A stretch of 64,000 nucleotides of DNA from an uncultured Gammaproteobacteria bacterium (GCA_965231005.1 OZ246405.1:1159829-1223828), one strand, 5' to 3'. Counted from the stretch's first letter, positions 1 to 9,741 are shown. The notes: generated by a model not told the origin, from the sequence alone. Made by a program: numbers and translations.

Positions 1-2118
1 ATTTTTACAAGTACAAACAAATTTCCAGATGTACACGATGTGGCAGAGATTATGACACATATCGAAGAAGAAGCTGGAACACAGGAAAACATAAATCCGT
101 TGTCACAACAACTACCAAATGCTGAACTGCCACAAAAAAGAAAAAGACAGAAAACATCTTCGGGGAACAAAGCCCTAGACATGTTTGCTGTTGAGCTTAC
201 TGATCCAACGGTACAAGAACAAATTGACCCAGTCATTGGTCGAGAGAAAGAAATAGAGCGGCTTATTCATATTTTGTGTAGAAGGAATAAAAATAATCCT
301 GTGCTTGTTGGCGAACCTGGTGTTGGAAAAACCGCCATTGTTGAAGGTCTTGCAAAACGTATTGCAGATGGCGAGGTCCCAGCTGTATTAAAAAATAAAA
401 AAATATTTTCTATTGATTTAACACTCCTTGTAGCAGGGACGATTTACAGAGGTGAATTTGAAGCACGAATCAAACAACTTGTTGATGAAGTTTCAAGCAG
501 ATCTGACTACATTTTATTTATTGATGAAATCCACAACATTATAGGAACAGGATCAAACCAAGGAACCATGGACGCAGCAAATATTTTAAAACCTGCTCTT
601 GCCCGTGGAAAACTCCGCTGTATTGGTGCCACAACATTTGGTGAGTACAAAAAATATGTTACAAGTGACCCTGCATTGGAGCGTCGATTCCAATCACTGA
701 CAGTAGAAGAACCAACAAAAGAAGAAGCCATTCAAATTTTACATGGAATAAAAAAATACTATAACAAATTTCACAATGCACTTATTACTGATGATGCAAT
801 TGAAGCTGCAGTCAATTTGTCAGATAGATACATTCATAACAATTTTCTTCCGGATAAAGCGATAGACCTTATCGATGAGGCTGCTGCGGCTGTACGGACC
901 AAAATAAAACCAACAAAATGGCAAAAGCAAAAATTCGAACTGGCAGAAGAACTTGCTGCAATCAAAAAAGACAAAGACATTGCCATTGAAGCAGAAGCCC
1001 TTGATCAAGCAACAAAATTGAAAAAAAGACTTGATGCTCTTGAAAAAAAGATTGATCGGTTGGAATCACAAATGAAAGATGCAAAACGACAACCAGCAGC
1101 AAAAGTCACAAAAAAAGACATTATCCATGTGTTGAGCAACAGATTGCATCTTGATAAAAAAATTCTGCTCCAAAACCAATGGGAACAACTCTCTTCAATA
1201 GAAGAACGACTTAAAAAGCACATTGTTGGACAAGATGATGTTATTCAAACCATAGCAGCGTCACTAAAACAGACAGCACTTGGCATGCACGAAAAACAAA
1301 ACCCATCGAGTTCATTTCTTTTTGCTGGTCCAAGTGGTGTTGGAAAAACAGCACTTGCTACTGCACTTGCAAAAGAGTTGTATCACGATGAAAAAGCACT
1401 TATTCGACTAGACATGAGTGAATTTTCAGAAGGATACGGGGTATCAAAACTTCTTGGCTCCCCTGCTGGATATGTTGGATATAAAGAACGCAATCCATTT
1501 ATTGATCAAATACGGCAGCGACCATATGCTGTTGTACTTTTTGATGAATTTGACAAAGCACATCCAGACGTATTAAAGCTTCTTCTTCAGATCCTAGATG
1601 AAGGAACTCTTACAGATAGCCAAGGAAAAAAAGTTCATTTTAACCATGCAACCATAATTTTGACAACAAATATCGGTGCAGAATTGTACAAAAAAATAGA
1701 CTTTGGATTTGGGACTGATAAAAAAGATAAACACGACATTGATAGCAAACGGAAAAAAGCAATTCATGAAAAAATGAAAGACATGTTTGGGACAGCACTG
1801 CTCGGAAGACTACACAATATCATGTTGTTTTCACCACTCGAAAAAGAACACATTGAAAAAATTATTGAGAAACATGTTGACCACATAAATAATCAATTAA
1901 AAGAACAACAAAAAATTTCTCTTCGTCTAACAAAGACTGCATTAAAACAACTTATCCAGGACACGCACAACACTGATACTGGGGCAAGAAACGTTGAAAA
2001 AATAGTAAGAAAAGTAATTCAAGAGTTGGTTGTCTCTTTATTACAAGATGAAACAAAAAAAGACCGTAAGCCACGCTACAGTCTTACCAGAAAAAATAAT
2101 GCATATCATTTGCAATAA
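1..2118 (+). CDS. Clp/Hsp100 family AAA+ ATPase with two nucleotide-binding domains and a long coiled-coil middle domain (ClpB-like). Probably 5'-partial: the frame is open back to position 1, and the track ORF begins at a GTG at 40.
   Basis: NBD1 Walker A GEPGVGKTAIVEGLA. Second P-loop GPSGVGKT. A roughly 120-aa coiled-coil between the NBDs. No stop codon upstream in frame. Confidence 0.85.
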   Translation: MFTSTNKFPDVHDVAEIMTHIEEEAGTQENINPLSQQLPNAELPQKRKRQKTSSGNKALDMFAVELTDPTVQEQIDPVIGREKEIERLIHILCRRNKNNPVLVGEPGVGKTAIVEGLAKRIADGEVPAVLKNKKIFSIDLTLLVAGTIYRGEFEARIKQLVDEVSSRSDYILFIDEIHNIIGTGSNQGTMDAANILKPALARGKLRCIGATTFGEYKKYVTSDPALERRFQSLTVEEPTKEEAIQILHGIKKYYNKFHNALITDDAIEAAVNLSDRYIHNNFLPDKAIDLIDEAAAAVRTKIKPTKWQKQKFELAEELAAIKKDKDIAIEAEALDQATKLKKRLDALEKKIDRLESQMKDAKRQPAAKVTKKDIIHVLSNRLHLDKKILLQNQWEQLSSIEERLKKHIVGQDDVIQTIAASLKQTALGMHEKQNPSSSFLFAGPSGVGKTALATALAKELYHDEKALIRLDMSEFSEGYGVSKLLGSPAGYVGYKERNPFIDQIRQRPYAVVLFDEFDKAHPDVLKLLLQILDEGTLTDSQGKKVHFNHATIILTTNIGAELYKKIDFGFGTDKKDKHDIDSKRKKAIHEKMKDMFGTALLGRLHNIMLFSPLEKEHIEKIIEKHVDHINNQLKEQQKISLRLTKTALKQLIQDTHNTDTGARNVEKIVRKVIQELVVSLLQDETKKDRKPRYSLTRKNNAYHLQ

Positions 2119-2119
2119 T

Positions 2120-2446
2120 ATGACTCAAGAACAGCAATGGGCAAAGGAGTTGAAGCAACAAAAACAACACCCTACAGCTCCAAAAAGTTCACAAGACAAA
2201 CTCATTGAAACAGAACTCAAACATTTCAAAGAAAAATTGAAACAGCATTTGAATGACCAGGATAGGGACGGTGTAAAAGCAATGCTAAAGCAATTGTTTG
2301 AATTACGCGCTGAGCAAGCTGCAATACAAATTGGAGAACATACAGAGAATACTGAAGAAGAAAAACAGTCTGTGGCACGATTTGTAAAAGCGTATGTGAA
2401 AGATTGTAAACAACTTATTAACGCTGTCGACAAAATTTTGGTATAA
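2120..2446 (+). CDS. Hypothetical small charged helical protein of 109 aa. The internal ATG just after the clp stop is the likely start.
   Basis: ORF 2030..2446 overlaps the clp gene. The ATG at 2120 immediately follows the clp TAA. Confidence 0.4.
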   Translation: MTQEQQWAKELKQQKQHPTAPKSSQDKLIETELKHFKEKLKQHLNDQDRDGVKAMLKQLFELRAEQAAIQIGEHTENTEEEKQSVARFVKAYVKDCKQLINAVDKILV

Positions 2447-2458
2447 TAATATAGATTC

Positions 2459-4150
2459 ATGGGACTTACTGCCAGAGAAATAAAAGAACTCGGTGAAGTA
2501 TTACCAAGCGCTATAAAACAGGCGCTTCCTCGGCATCTCAACTTAAAAGGAAAGTTAGAAACAAACATTTTGGATTCTCTTGGCGATGCACTTGGAGCAA
2601 ACGATGATGTAGAAGATCTTGCTCCTGAAGAAGCGATTGATGATTTTGGAAAAGAGCTCCCAGAAAAAACGCTTGATGCCTCCCCAGATGCTGCAAACGA
2701 TGATGTTGAGCAACCAGGAGAAACCGCTGCAAAAGAAGCTGCTGGTTCACTTGGTGACAATGCACCAGCATTGCGTGGAGGTGATACACCAGAAGCTGGA
2801 CAGCAACCGGCTCCTGAAAAACAAGAGGAAGAAGAAGAAGATGATGATGATGACGAAGAGCCTGATACAGAGCCAAGTGAAGAACCTCAAGATACTGAGC
2901 AAGCTCCACAGCCAGAACAAACTCCTGAACAAGTACCAGAGCAACCAACACCTTCGGCTGAATCAGCACCAGGAGGACAAGGACAAGATCAGGGCGTAGA
3001 ACAAGCTGGAGACCAAGATGGCAGACAACCAAAACAAAAACGCGCAGCAGATCAAATTCCAACTGAAAAACCTGGAGCAAAAAAAGGGAAAAAAGACACA
3101 CCAGCTGAAACACCCGTAGCACAGCCTACTGATCAAGAAACTCCTCAACAACAGGCCGCTCAAGAACAACCCCCTGCAGAAGCAGAGGAGAATACTGATG
3201 ATGAACAGGCAAAGGCAGAAGGAACTCCAGAAAGTGAAGAACCTACTGGAGATGAATCTGCTAAAGAAGGTGACATTCCAGAAGAAGATCAGCCAGAGGC
3301 TGAAAAAGAAGGCGAACCAGAAGATATATTGGAAGAAACCGAAGGTCCTGAACAAGAAACCGCCGGAGGAGAAGAAACTCTTGCAGATGAAACACCAGAC
3401 GAACCATATAGACCACCACAAGCAGAAGATGAAGAAGACCAAAGTGGGTTGGCAAAAGATAAACAAGAAGATGAAGATAAAGAAAAAGAAAAAGAGCAAG
3501 AAGACCAAGCACAAACATCACAAGAATCAGATCAAGGTATAAAAGAAAGATTGCAAGCACTCAGAGGTGGTCAAAAAGGAAAGGCAAAAGGAAAAACTGG
3601 AAAAAAGAAAGGAAAGACAAAGAAAAAGGATGCCAAAGGTGATAGTCAATATGGATACCATTTTGTCCTTGCAGTATGTGTGTTGCGAGATTTAGCATTA
3701 TGGCCACTCCTATTTCTCCCTTTGATAAATATGGTTGTGCTTCCGATGTTTGTACCAGTAATGATGATTATCTTGTTGCTTCTTGGAATAACAAGCACTG
3801 ATCTCTTTTTCTTTACTGCAAACAGATGGTTTGGTTTTGGAGGATCAGGAGACAAGACAACTGAAGCAGGAAAAAAGGCAGTAAAAGGTGCAGCAAAAAA
3901 AATCGGAAAAGCAGCTGCAAAACAAGGAGCAAAGCAAGCGGCGACAACAGGAGCTGGTGCAGCTGCAACAGCAGCGGGTGTAGAAACTGGTGGACTTGGT
4001 TTCCTCATTATCCTTATCATTTTAGCAATCATTCCTTTATATAGTGTGATTCTCTGGTGGGAAAAAAGTAGATTTATAAAAGCAGGAGAGCCAACATGGA
4101 AACAAACAGCCAAAAGTGCTGCTACTGCTGGACTAAAAGATGATAGCTAA
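2459..4150 (+). CDS. Acidic low-complexity (D/E/P/Q-rich) protein with two C-terminal transmembrane helices separated by a K/A/G-rich loop.
   Basis: A 563-aa ORF with a structured N-terminus, a roughly 330-aa acidic disordered region, and hydrophobic segments LWPLLFLPLINMVVLPMFVPVMMIILLLLGI and LGFLIILIILAIIPLYSVILWW. Confidence 0.6.
   Translation: MGLTAREIKELGEVLPSAIKQALPRHLNLKGKLETNILDSLGDALGANDDVEDLAPEEAIDDFGKELPEKTLDASPDAANDDVEQPGETAAKEAAGSLGDNAPALRGGDTPEAGQQPAPEKQEEEEEDDDDDEEPDTEPSEEPQDTEQAPQPEQTPEQVPEQPTPSAESAPGGQGQDQGVEQAGDQDGRQPKQKRAADQIPTEKPGAKKGKKDTPAETPVAQPTDQETPQQQAAQEQPPAEAEENTDDEQAKAEGTPESEEPTGDESAKEGDIPEEDQPEAEKEGEPEDILEETEGPEQETAGGEETLADETPDEPYRPPQAEDEEDQSGLAKDKQEDEDKEKEKEQEDQAQTSQESDQGIKERLQALRGGQKGKAKGKTGKKKGKTKKKDAKGDSQYGYHFVLAVCVLRDLALWPLLFLPLINMVVLPMFVPVMMIILLLLGITSTDLFFFTANRWFGFGGSGDKTTEAGKKAVKGAAKKIGKAAAKQGAKQAATTGAGAAATAAGVETGGLGFLIILIILAIIPLYSVILWWEKSRFIKAGEPTWKQTAKSAATAGLKDDS
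2824..2858 (+). repeat. Simple GAA/GAT trinucleotide run encoding poly-Glu/Asp inside the acidic protein gene.
   Basis: gaggaagaagaagaagatgatgatgatgacgaagag. Confidence 0.8.
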
Positions 4151-4169
4151 GTAATTAATAACTAATAAC

Positions 4170-5420
4170 TTGTACCGACATATGGATAAACAAAGAATAC
4201 TGTATATTTCAATATTTGTAGTCGTTACAATTGGTCTTGGCTTTGCAATTTACAGAGTATTTTTTTATACGCCAAAACCAGTAACTCAAGTTCCACCAAC
4301 ACAACAAATTCCTGGCTCTGAATTTCCGCAGGCAGGCACAGCTGAACCAAGCGAACGTCCTGCAGCAGAAGAGCCTTCTGAACTTCCAGACAGTGTTACT
4401 GTCCCTGTTCCAACCACACCAACACCAACTGTCCCTGGAACAACACAGCCAACATCACGGATTCAAACAGTTGTTGATGTAAGCCTAACAAATCCTGATG
4501 CTGGTGGTACAACAAAAACACCTCGTTTTTACAATGAAGAAGACGGAAAATTTTATAAACTTGGAAACAATGGTGATATTCAAAAAATGAGTGACGAAGT
4601 ATTTTTCAATGTCCAAGAAGTAACCTGGTCACCTACCAATGATGAATCAATTATTGAGTATCCTGATGGGGCAAATATTTATTATAATTTTAGTACAGAC
4701 GAACAAGTTACCTTACCAAAACACTGGGATTCATTTTCATTTACAAAAACTGGCGACAAAATTGCTGCAAAAAGTCTTGGATTTTCTCCTGAAAACAGAT
4801 GGCTTGTAAGTTCTGATCCTAAAGGAAATAATATTCAATTAATCGAACCACTTGGTAACAATGCAGATAAAGTAATTGTTGATTGGTCACCAAATAAACA
4901 AGTGGTAGCTCTTGCAACAACAGGACAAAGCTATGGAGCAGATAGGCAAGAAGTATTGTTTGTCGGACAACATGGTGAAAACTTTAAATCAACAATTGTT
5001 GAAGGAAGAGATCTGCGAACAGAATGGTCAGATACAGGAACAAAGTTACTCTACAGTGTCCACAACGCACGGAATGATTTTAAACCAGAACTGTGGGTGG
5101 TAAATGGACAAGGAGATGCTATTGGTTCAGGAAGAAAATTATTAAATATAGATACCTGGGCTGACAAATGTACGTTTGTAGATGATAGATTTGTATTCTG
5201 TGGCGTACCACAGACACTTGAACGTGGCTCTGGATTTGCTCCAACACTTGCAGATAATACCCCAGATGACATTTATAAAATTGATGTTGATACAGGATTA
5301 AAAATAAAAATTCCTGTTGAAGAATTTCATGTCATTGACTCTATTATGGTTAGTGACGATGGAAAAGAACTATACATCACTGATAAAAATATTCCTGGAC
5401 TTTTCAAGGTTGCACTTTAG
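4170..5420 (+). CDS. Membrane-anchored protein with an N-terminal TM helix, a Pro/Thr-rich linker and a TolB/PD40-like beta-propeller domain.
   Basis: N-terminal ILYISIFVVVTIGLGFAIY. PTPTVPGTTQP linker. Repeated WSP..D/G motifs (WSPTND, WSPNKQ, EWSDTG) typical of PD40 repeats. Confidence 0.55.
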   Translation: MYRHMDKQRILYISIFVVVTIGLGFAIYRVFFYTPKPVTQVPPTQQIPGSEFPQAGTAEPSERPAAEEPSELPDSVTVPVPTTPTPTVPGTTQPTSRIQTVVDVSLTNPDAGGTTKTPRFYNEEDGKFYKLGNNGDIQKMSDEVFFNVQEVTWSPTNDESIIEYPDGANIYYNFSTDEQVTLPKHWDSFSFTKTGDKIAAKSLGFSPENRWLVSSDPKGNNIQLIEPLGNNADKVIVDWSPNKQVVALATTGQSYGADRQEVLFVGQHGENFKSTIVEGRDLRTEWSDTGTKLLYSVHNARNDFKPELWVVNGQGDAIGSGRKLLNIDTWADKCTFVDDRFVFCGVPQTLERGSGFAPTLADNTPDDIYKIDVDTGLKIKIPVEEFHVIDSIMVSDDGKELYITDKNIPGLFKVAL

Positions 5421-5429
5421 GTACCATTT

Positions 5430-6068
5430 ATGGATAGAAAAACAACATTCAAAATATTTATTCCAGCACTGCTTGTTGTGTTTATTGGTCTGTGGATTCG
5501 GATTGCACAGTATGAACCATTATATCCAGATCAGGACAACAAAAAAAATGTAGCAGAAAAAGTAATCATTCCTATTTTCCCAGATGATCCAATTGTAGGA
5601 AGTAAAAAAGCGCCAATCAATATCATTGCGTTTGAAGATTTGGGCTGTGATGGATGTAAACTTCAATCAGAACTATTTAATAAACTCCTAGCAACCTATC
5701 CAGGAAAAATAAAAATTACATGGAAGTCACTCACTGTAACAAAATTCCCTGTTTCTACTGAACGAGCACATGACTATGCATATTGTGCAAATGAACAAAA
5801 AAAGTTTAAAGAGTTTAAAGAAATGGCATTTGCAAACACAAATAATTTATCTGAACAAATATTACAAATTATTACAACTCAAACAGAACTTGATGAAAAA
5901 AAATTAGACAAATGTCTATCTTCTGGAAGACCACAATTATATAAAGAAAAAACTGAGTCACTTGCAAAACTACTAAACATACAGGCTGTTCCTGCACTCT
6001 TTATTGATAACAAACAAATACAAACACCCCACACTATTGAAGAGTGGAAAGCACTTCTCTCTTTATAA
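5430..6068 (+). CDS. DsbA-like thiol:disulfide oxidoreductase (thioredoxin fold) with an N-terminal membrane anchor.
   Basis: CxxC active site CDGC in the context IIAFEDLGCDGCKLQ. N-terminal TM helix. Length 212 aa. Confidence 0.75.
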   Translation: MDRKTTFKIFIPALLVVFIGLWIRIAQYEPLYPDQDNKKNVAEKVIIPIFPDDPIVGSKKAPINIIAFEDLGCDGCKLQSELFNKLLATYPGKIKITWKSLTVTKFPVSTERAHDYAYCANEQKKFKEFKEMAFANTNNLSEQILQIITTQTELDEKKLDKCLSSGRPQLYKEKTESLAKLLNIQAVPALFIDNKQIQTPHTIEEWKALLSL

Positions 6069-6077
6069 AGAAAAAAA

Positions 6078-7769
6078 ATGAAAAAAAGATTCATTGCAAT
6101 ATTTACTTTGGTATGTTTTACACTGCTCATACCAATGTTTACATTTGCAGCAGAAAAATTGCCAATAGGGTCTGAGTGTCCTCCTGACAAAAATGATATA
6201 TGTCAGACTGGAGACTGTGAAGAAAGTAATAAGAAGGGAAAAGATGGAAAAAATATTTGGTACTGTGACTGCAGCGAAGCATACATTTTAAACAGTGCAA
6301 ACTGCTCAGATCTATATGGTGGAAAACCTACAGACTGGACTTGTAGAGATGGAGACCCATCTACGTGGGACTTAGATTATTGCCAGCATAACAAAACAAA
6401 TAAGGTTAAATTTCCTATCAAACCAAAAGATCCCAGCCTCATTGGAGGATATTTTGAAACATCTTTTTCTACACCAGAACTTATTTCCGCTGTTAACGAG
6501 GTAAATAAAGTTGCGGGTGCACCACAGCCACGAATAAATATTCCTGGACTTACATTTACAAATATTGATGACTTAAAAAAATTGTCTACGATAGAGACAG
6601 GTATCGATGGTGCAGAACGTGTATATTTAAATATTCCATTTCTTGGTGAGTATCTTGCAACGTTGTATAGATATGCAATTGTTGTTATTGCAATTATTGC
6701 AGTACCAACCATCATGAACCAAGGATTTAAATATATTTTGTCTGCAGGCGATGCAGAAAAAATTAATGATGTAAAAAAACGCCTTGCACAATCCTTTATT
6801 GGACTTCTCATTGCTGTTGGATCTTATACACTTCTTTACACACTCAACCCAGAGTTGGTGAAATTTAGAAATTTGAAAGTGCTGTACAATGTTGAAGAAG
6901 CGTATCCAGAGCCAGACGAAGAATCAGGTCAAGGAAACTTGCCAGCAGACGGCAATGTGTCAAAAAAACCAGAAAATATTTCTGAAATGAAAAAAGAACA
7001 ATTTGGAACCGGAACAAAAATAAATAGCAAATGGTCAGATGGATGGAAAATTTGGAACAGTATGACCACAGAAGAACAAGGAAAAGTTCTACCATATTTA
7101 TATGTCAATACTGGAGAATGCCCATCTTCTCAACATCTGGTTTCAACGCATATTAATCATTGCAATCTTGCGAAGAAAAAACTCCATTCAAAAGTAATCC
7201 CTGCACTCAAAAAAGCAACTGACCTTGCAGAAAAAGAAGGATTTGAAATATGTATTAGTTCTCAATATAGGACTGTTACACGACAGACTCAATTGTGGAA
7301 TACTGGAGTTGTGGCTCGATTTAAGCAAGGTGATCCAAAGTATCCAAATAACAATGGACTTATTGCTCGACCAAGCTGCAAAGCACCACACAACACTGGT
7401 GGAGCAATTGATATTACGATGAGAACAATCAAAGACAAAAACGTTGTTGTTGGGTATAGCAAAGCACAAAAAAAATTAATCACACCTACTATTCCTTTAT
7501 ACGAAAAAGTCTACTTTAAGAGTGGAGCACCAGGGTATTACAGACTCATCCTTGAAGAAATTATGCGTCAAGGAGGATGGGTTCGTTTTTGTAAAGAATA
7601 TTGGCATTTTGAAAATGCTGTCACAATACGGTATAGTAATTGGGATAAGCATGAAAAAACACGATGTAATTACACAGGAAAATCTACAAACTGGAAAGTT
7701 GAAATTCCTGCTGATGTTAAAAAAGCTGCAAATGCGCTGACAAAGACAAAGACATTATTCAAGAAGTAA
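6078..7769 (+). CDS. Secreted multi-domain protein: signal peptide, Cys-rich domain, CPR-type type IV secretion pilin-like (VirB2/TrbC-like) two-TM domain, and a C-terminal VanY/peptidase M15 (D-Ala-D-Ala carboxypeptidase-like) domain.
   Basis: Signal peptide MKKRFIAIFTLVCFTLLIPMFTFA. Ten Cys in the first 100 mature residues. Pilin-like segment YAIVVIAIIAVPTIMNQGFKYILSAGDAEKINDVKKRLAQSFIGLLIAVGSYTLLYTL. M15 motifs SCKAPHNTGGAIDI (SxHxxGxAxD-like) and EYWHFE. Confidence 0.6.
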   Translation: MKKRFIAIFTLVCFTLLIPMFTFAAEKLPIGSECPPDKNDICQTGDCEESNKKGKDGKNIWYCDCSEAYILNSANCSDLYGGKPTDWTCRDGDPSTWDLDYCQHNKTNKVKFPIKPKDPSLIGGYFETSFSTPELISAVNEVNKVAGAPQPRINIPGLTFTNIDDLKKLSTIETGIDGAERVYLNIPFLGEYLATLYRYAIVVIAIIAVPTIMNQGFKYILSAGDAEKINDVKKRLAQSFIGLLIAVGSYTLLYTLNPELVKFRNLKVLYNVEEAYPEPDEESGQGNLPADGNVSKKPENISEMKKEQFGTGTKINSKWSDGWKIWNSMTTEEQGKVLPYLYVNTGECPSSQHLVSTHINHCNLAKKKLHSKVIPALKKATDLAEKEGFEICISSQYRTVTRQTQLWNTGVVARFKQGDPKYPNNNGLIARPSCKAPHNTGGAIDITMRTIKDKNVVVGYSKAQKKLITPTIPLYEKVYFKSGAPGYYRLILEEIMRQGGWVRFCKEYWHFENAVTIRYSNWDKHEKTRCNYTGKSTNWKVEIPADVKKAANALTKTKTLFKK

Positions 7770-7830
7770 CTACTCATTTGAAAAGTAAAGCCTGTCATAC
7801 TCAATATCGACAGGTTTTTAATCCACAAAT

Positions 7831-9165
7831 ATGAATCTATTCCACTGCACACATTGTGATGCCCAATTCCAAAAATGGACTGGGCGATGTTTGGAGTGTG
7901 GAAAATGGGGTACGGTTGAAGAGCAAACAACACAAGCTTCTGGAACAAATTCTGCAAAGGACAAAAAAGGAGAAATTCTCCCAATTCAAACACAAAAATT
8001 AACAGACATACAAAAAACTTCTGTACAAAGAATGAAGACAAACATAAATGAATTAGATCGTGTTCTTGGTGGTGGCATTGTTCCCGGCAGTCTTATTCTT
8101 CTTGGGGGTGAACCAGGAATTGGAAAATCAACATTATCGCTCCAGCTTGGTCAGCATGTTACACATACATTATATATCTCTGGTGAAGAATCAGTTGGGC
8201 AAGTAAAGTTGCGAGCTGATAGATTGGGAATTACAAATCAAAAACTTGAATTAGCAAATCATGCAAATGTAGAAGCAATCTGCGCAACCATGAAAAAAAA
8301 CAAGCCAGCACTTACTATAGTAGATTCAATACAAACCATTTCATCGCATGAAGTGAATGGTGAACCAGGCAATGTAAATCAGATTCGCGTTTGTACTACA
8401 AAATTACTTGAAGTGGCAAAACAATATAACATTGCTGTATGCATTATTGGACATGTGACAAAAGATGGAACAGTGGCAGGACCAAAAACACTTGAACACT
8501 TAGTTGATACAGTACTTTATCTTGAAGGTGATCCACATCATGATGTACGAATTTTGCGAACAATAAAAAACCGTTTTGGATCAACAGACGAAGTTGGTAT
8601 TTTTGAAATGCAAGAAAAGGGGTTGATTGAACTCAAAAACCCTTCTGCAATTTTTCTGGAAGAACGCGCTGAGCATAGTCCAGGAAGTGTTATTACATGT
8701 CTAATAGAAGGAACTCGACCACTGCTGGTAGAAGTCCAAGCCTTGGTCAATAAAACCAATTTTGGTTATCCTGTTCGCAAAGCAAGTGGATTTGATTTAA
8801 ATAGATTACACGTTCTTACAGCAGTGTTACAAAAACGCGCAGGACTCCAATTAGGACAGTATGATATTCATGTCAATGTTGTTGGTGGACTAAAAGCGTC
8901 TGAGCCTGCTGTTGATCTTGCTGTTTGTTTAGCAATTGCAAGTTCATACAAAGACAAGGCATTGTCAAAAGATCTTGTCGTGTTTGGAGAAGTTGGTTTG
9001 GGTGGTGAAGTACGAAGTGTAAGTCAAACTACAAAAAGAATTCATGAGTGTGAGCGACTTGGCATGACAAAAATTATTGCTGCAAAAAATAAATCTATTG
9101 CAACAAAGGGAAATATCAAAGGAATGTTTGTGAAGAGTATTGAGGAGCTAATAAAACATACATAA
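7831..9165 (+). CDS. radA: DNA repair protein RadA/Sms.
   Basis: N-terminal zinc ribbon CTHCDAQFQKWTGRCLECGKWG. RecA-like Walker A GGEPGIGKST. KNRFG motif. Lon-like C-terminal domain. Confidence 0.93.
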   Translation: MNLFHCTHCDAQFQKWTGRCLECGKWGTVEEQTTQASGTNSAKDKKGEILPIQTQKLTDIQKTSVQRMKTNINELDRVLGGGIVPGSLILLGGEPGIGKSTLSLQLGQHVTHTLYISGEESVGQVKLRADRLGITNQKLELANHANVEAICATMKKNKPALTIVDSIQTISSHEVNGEPGNVNQIRVCTTKLLEVAKQYNIAVCIIGHVTKDGTVAGPKTLEHLVDTVLYLEGDPHHDVRILRTIKNRFGSTDEVGIFEMQEKGLIELKNPSAIFLEERAEHSPGSVITCLIEGTRPLLVEVQALVNKTNFGYPVRKASGFDLNRLHVLTAVLQKRAGLQLGQYDIHVNVVGGLKASEPAVDLAVCLAIASSYKDKALSKDLVVFGEVGLGGEVRSVSQTTKRIHECERLGMTKIIAAKNKSIATKGNIKGMFVKSIEELIKHT

Positions 9166-9171
9166 ATAAAA

Positions 9172-9200
9172 AACAGCCTTCATGGCTTGTTTTTAAATCG
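9172..9200 (+). terminator. Weak hairpin plus T-run after radA; a possible rho-independent terminator.
   Basis: aaaaacagccttcatggcttgttttt. Confidence 0.35.
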
Positions 9201-9203
9201 AGC

Positions 9204-9257
9204 GCCGGCCGCACTCGTAGAGGTCTGCGAAAATGCAAACGTACGAGTGCGGCCGAC
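9204..9257. other. GC-rich inverted repeat with a stem of about 14-16 bp and a 22-nt loop, at the left edge of the high-GC insert.
   Basis: gccggccgcactcgta ... tacgagtgcggccgac (1 mismatch). Confidence 0.7.
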
Positions 9258-9278
9258 TGGTTCGTCGACTTGGCGATG

Positions 9279-9611
9279 TCAGAGCACGGCGCGATCACCG
9301 AGGCCGATCATGCTGCGTCGGCCGGGATTCGTGCCCCACTGAACCTTGCTGGTCTGCGGCAGCTCGTGGTCGGGCGTGCGCAGGTAGCTGTCGATGTCAG
9401 CGTCGCTGAAGCCCTGCATGCGCGCGAGCCGGCGGCCCATTTCGGTCTGAAGCGCCATCTTGTTGCGAGCCGACGTGCCCACGGTGTTGACGGCGATCTG
9501 CTGAGCCGACGTGGCCGCTTCTTGATCCATGCGAGCTTCGAACTCGGCCACGGTCTCCCCACGCATGCGCTTTGGCTTTCCGTTCCCCTTGATATGACGA
9601 TGATTGAACAT
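9279..9611 (-). CDS. Hypothetical 111-aa protein with extreme high-GC codon usage (GC3 about 80%) and its own strong SD (GGGGGA); very likely foreign to this genome.
   Basis: The minus strand reads acagggggacagATGTTCAATCATCGT...TGA. The protein is MFNHRHIKGNGKPKRMRGETVAEFEARMDQ.... The surrounding genome is about 35% GC. Confidence 0.55.
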   Translation of the reverse strand: MFNHRHIKGNGKPKRMRGETVAEFEARMDQEAATSAQQIAVNTVGTSARNKMALQTEMGRRLARMQGFSDADIDSYLRTPDHELPQTSKVQWGTNPGRRSMIGLGDRAVL

Positions 9612-9741
9612 CTGTCCCCCTGTGATGTCGTAGAATAAAAAAAACCCACGACAGTTGAAAAAATGGATAAATTCACTATACACAAAAATAATGGAAATGT
9701 CAAGGGGAAATCAAAAAAGATTTTAAAAGCCATAAATGCCA

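Noticed and set aside
2125-3560. Several long ORFs (2125..2760 -, 2538..3122 -, 2619..2999 +, 2963..3514 -, 3198..3542 +, 3261..3560 -) overlapping the acidic protein gene
   Set aside because: All are alternative or antisense frames of a GA-rich low-complexity coding region. Their translations are poly-F/L/S/K artefacts. The sense frame with the structured N-terminus and C-terminal TM helices is the only coherent product.
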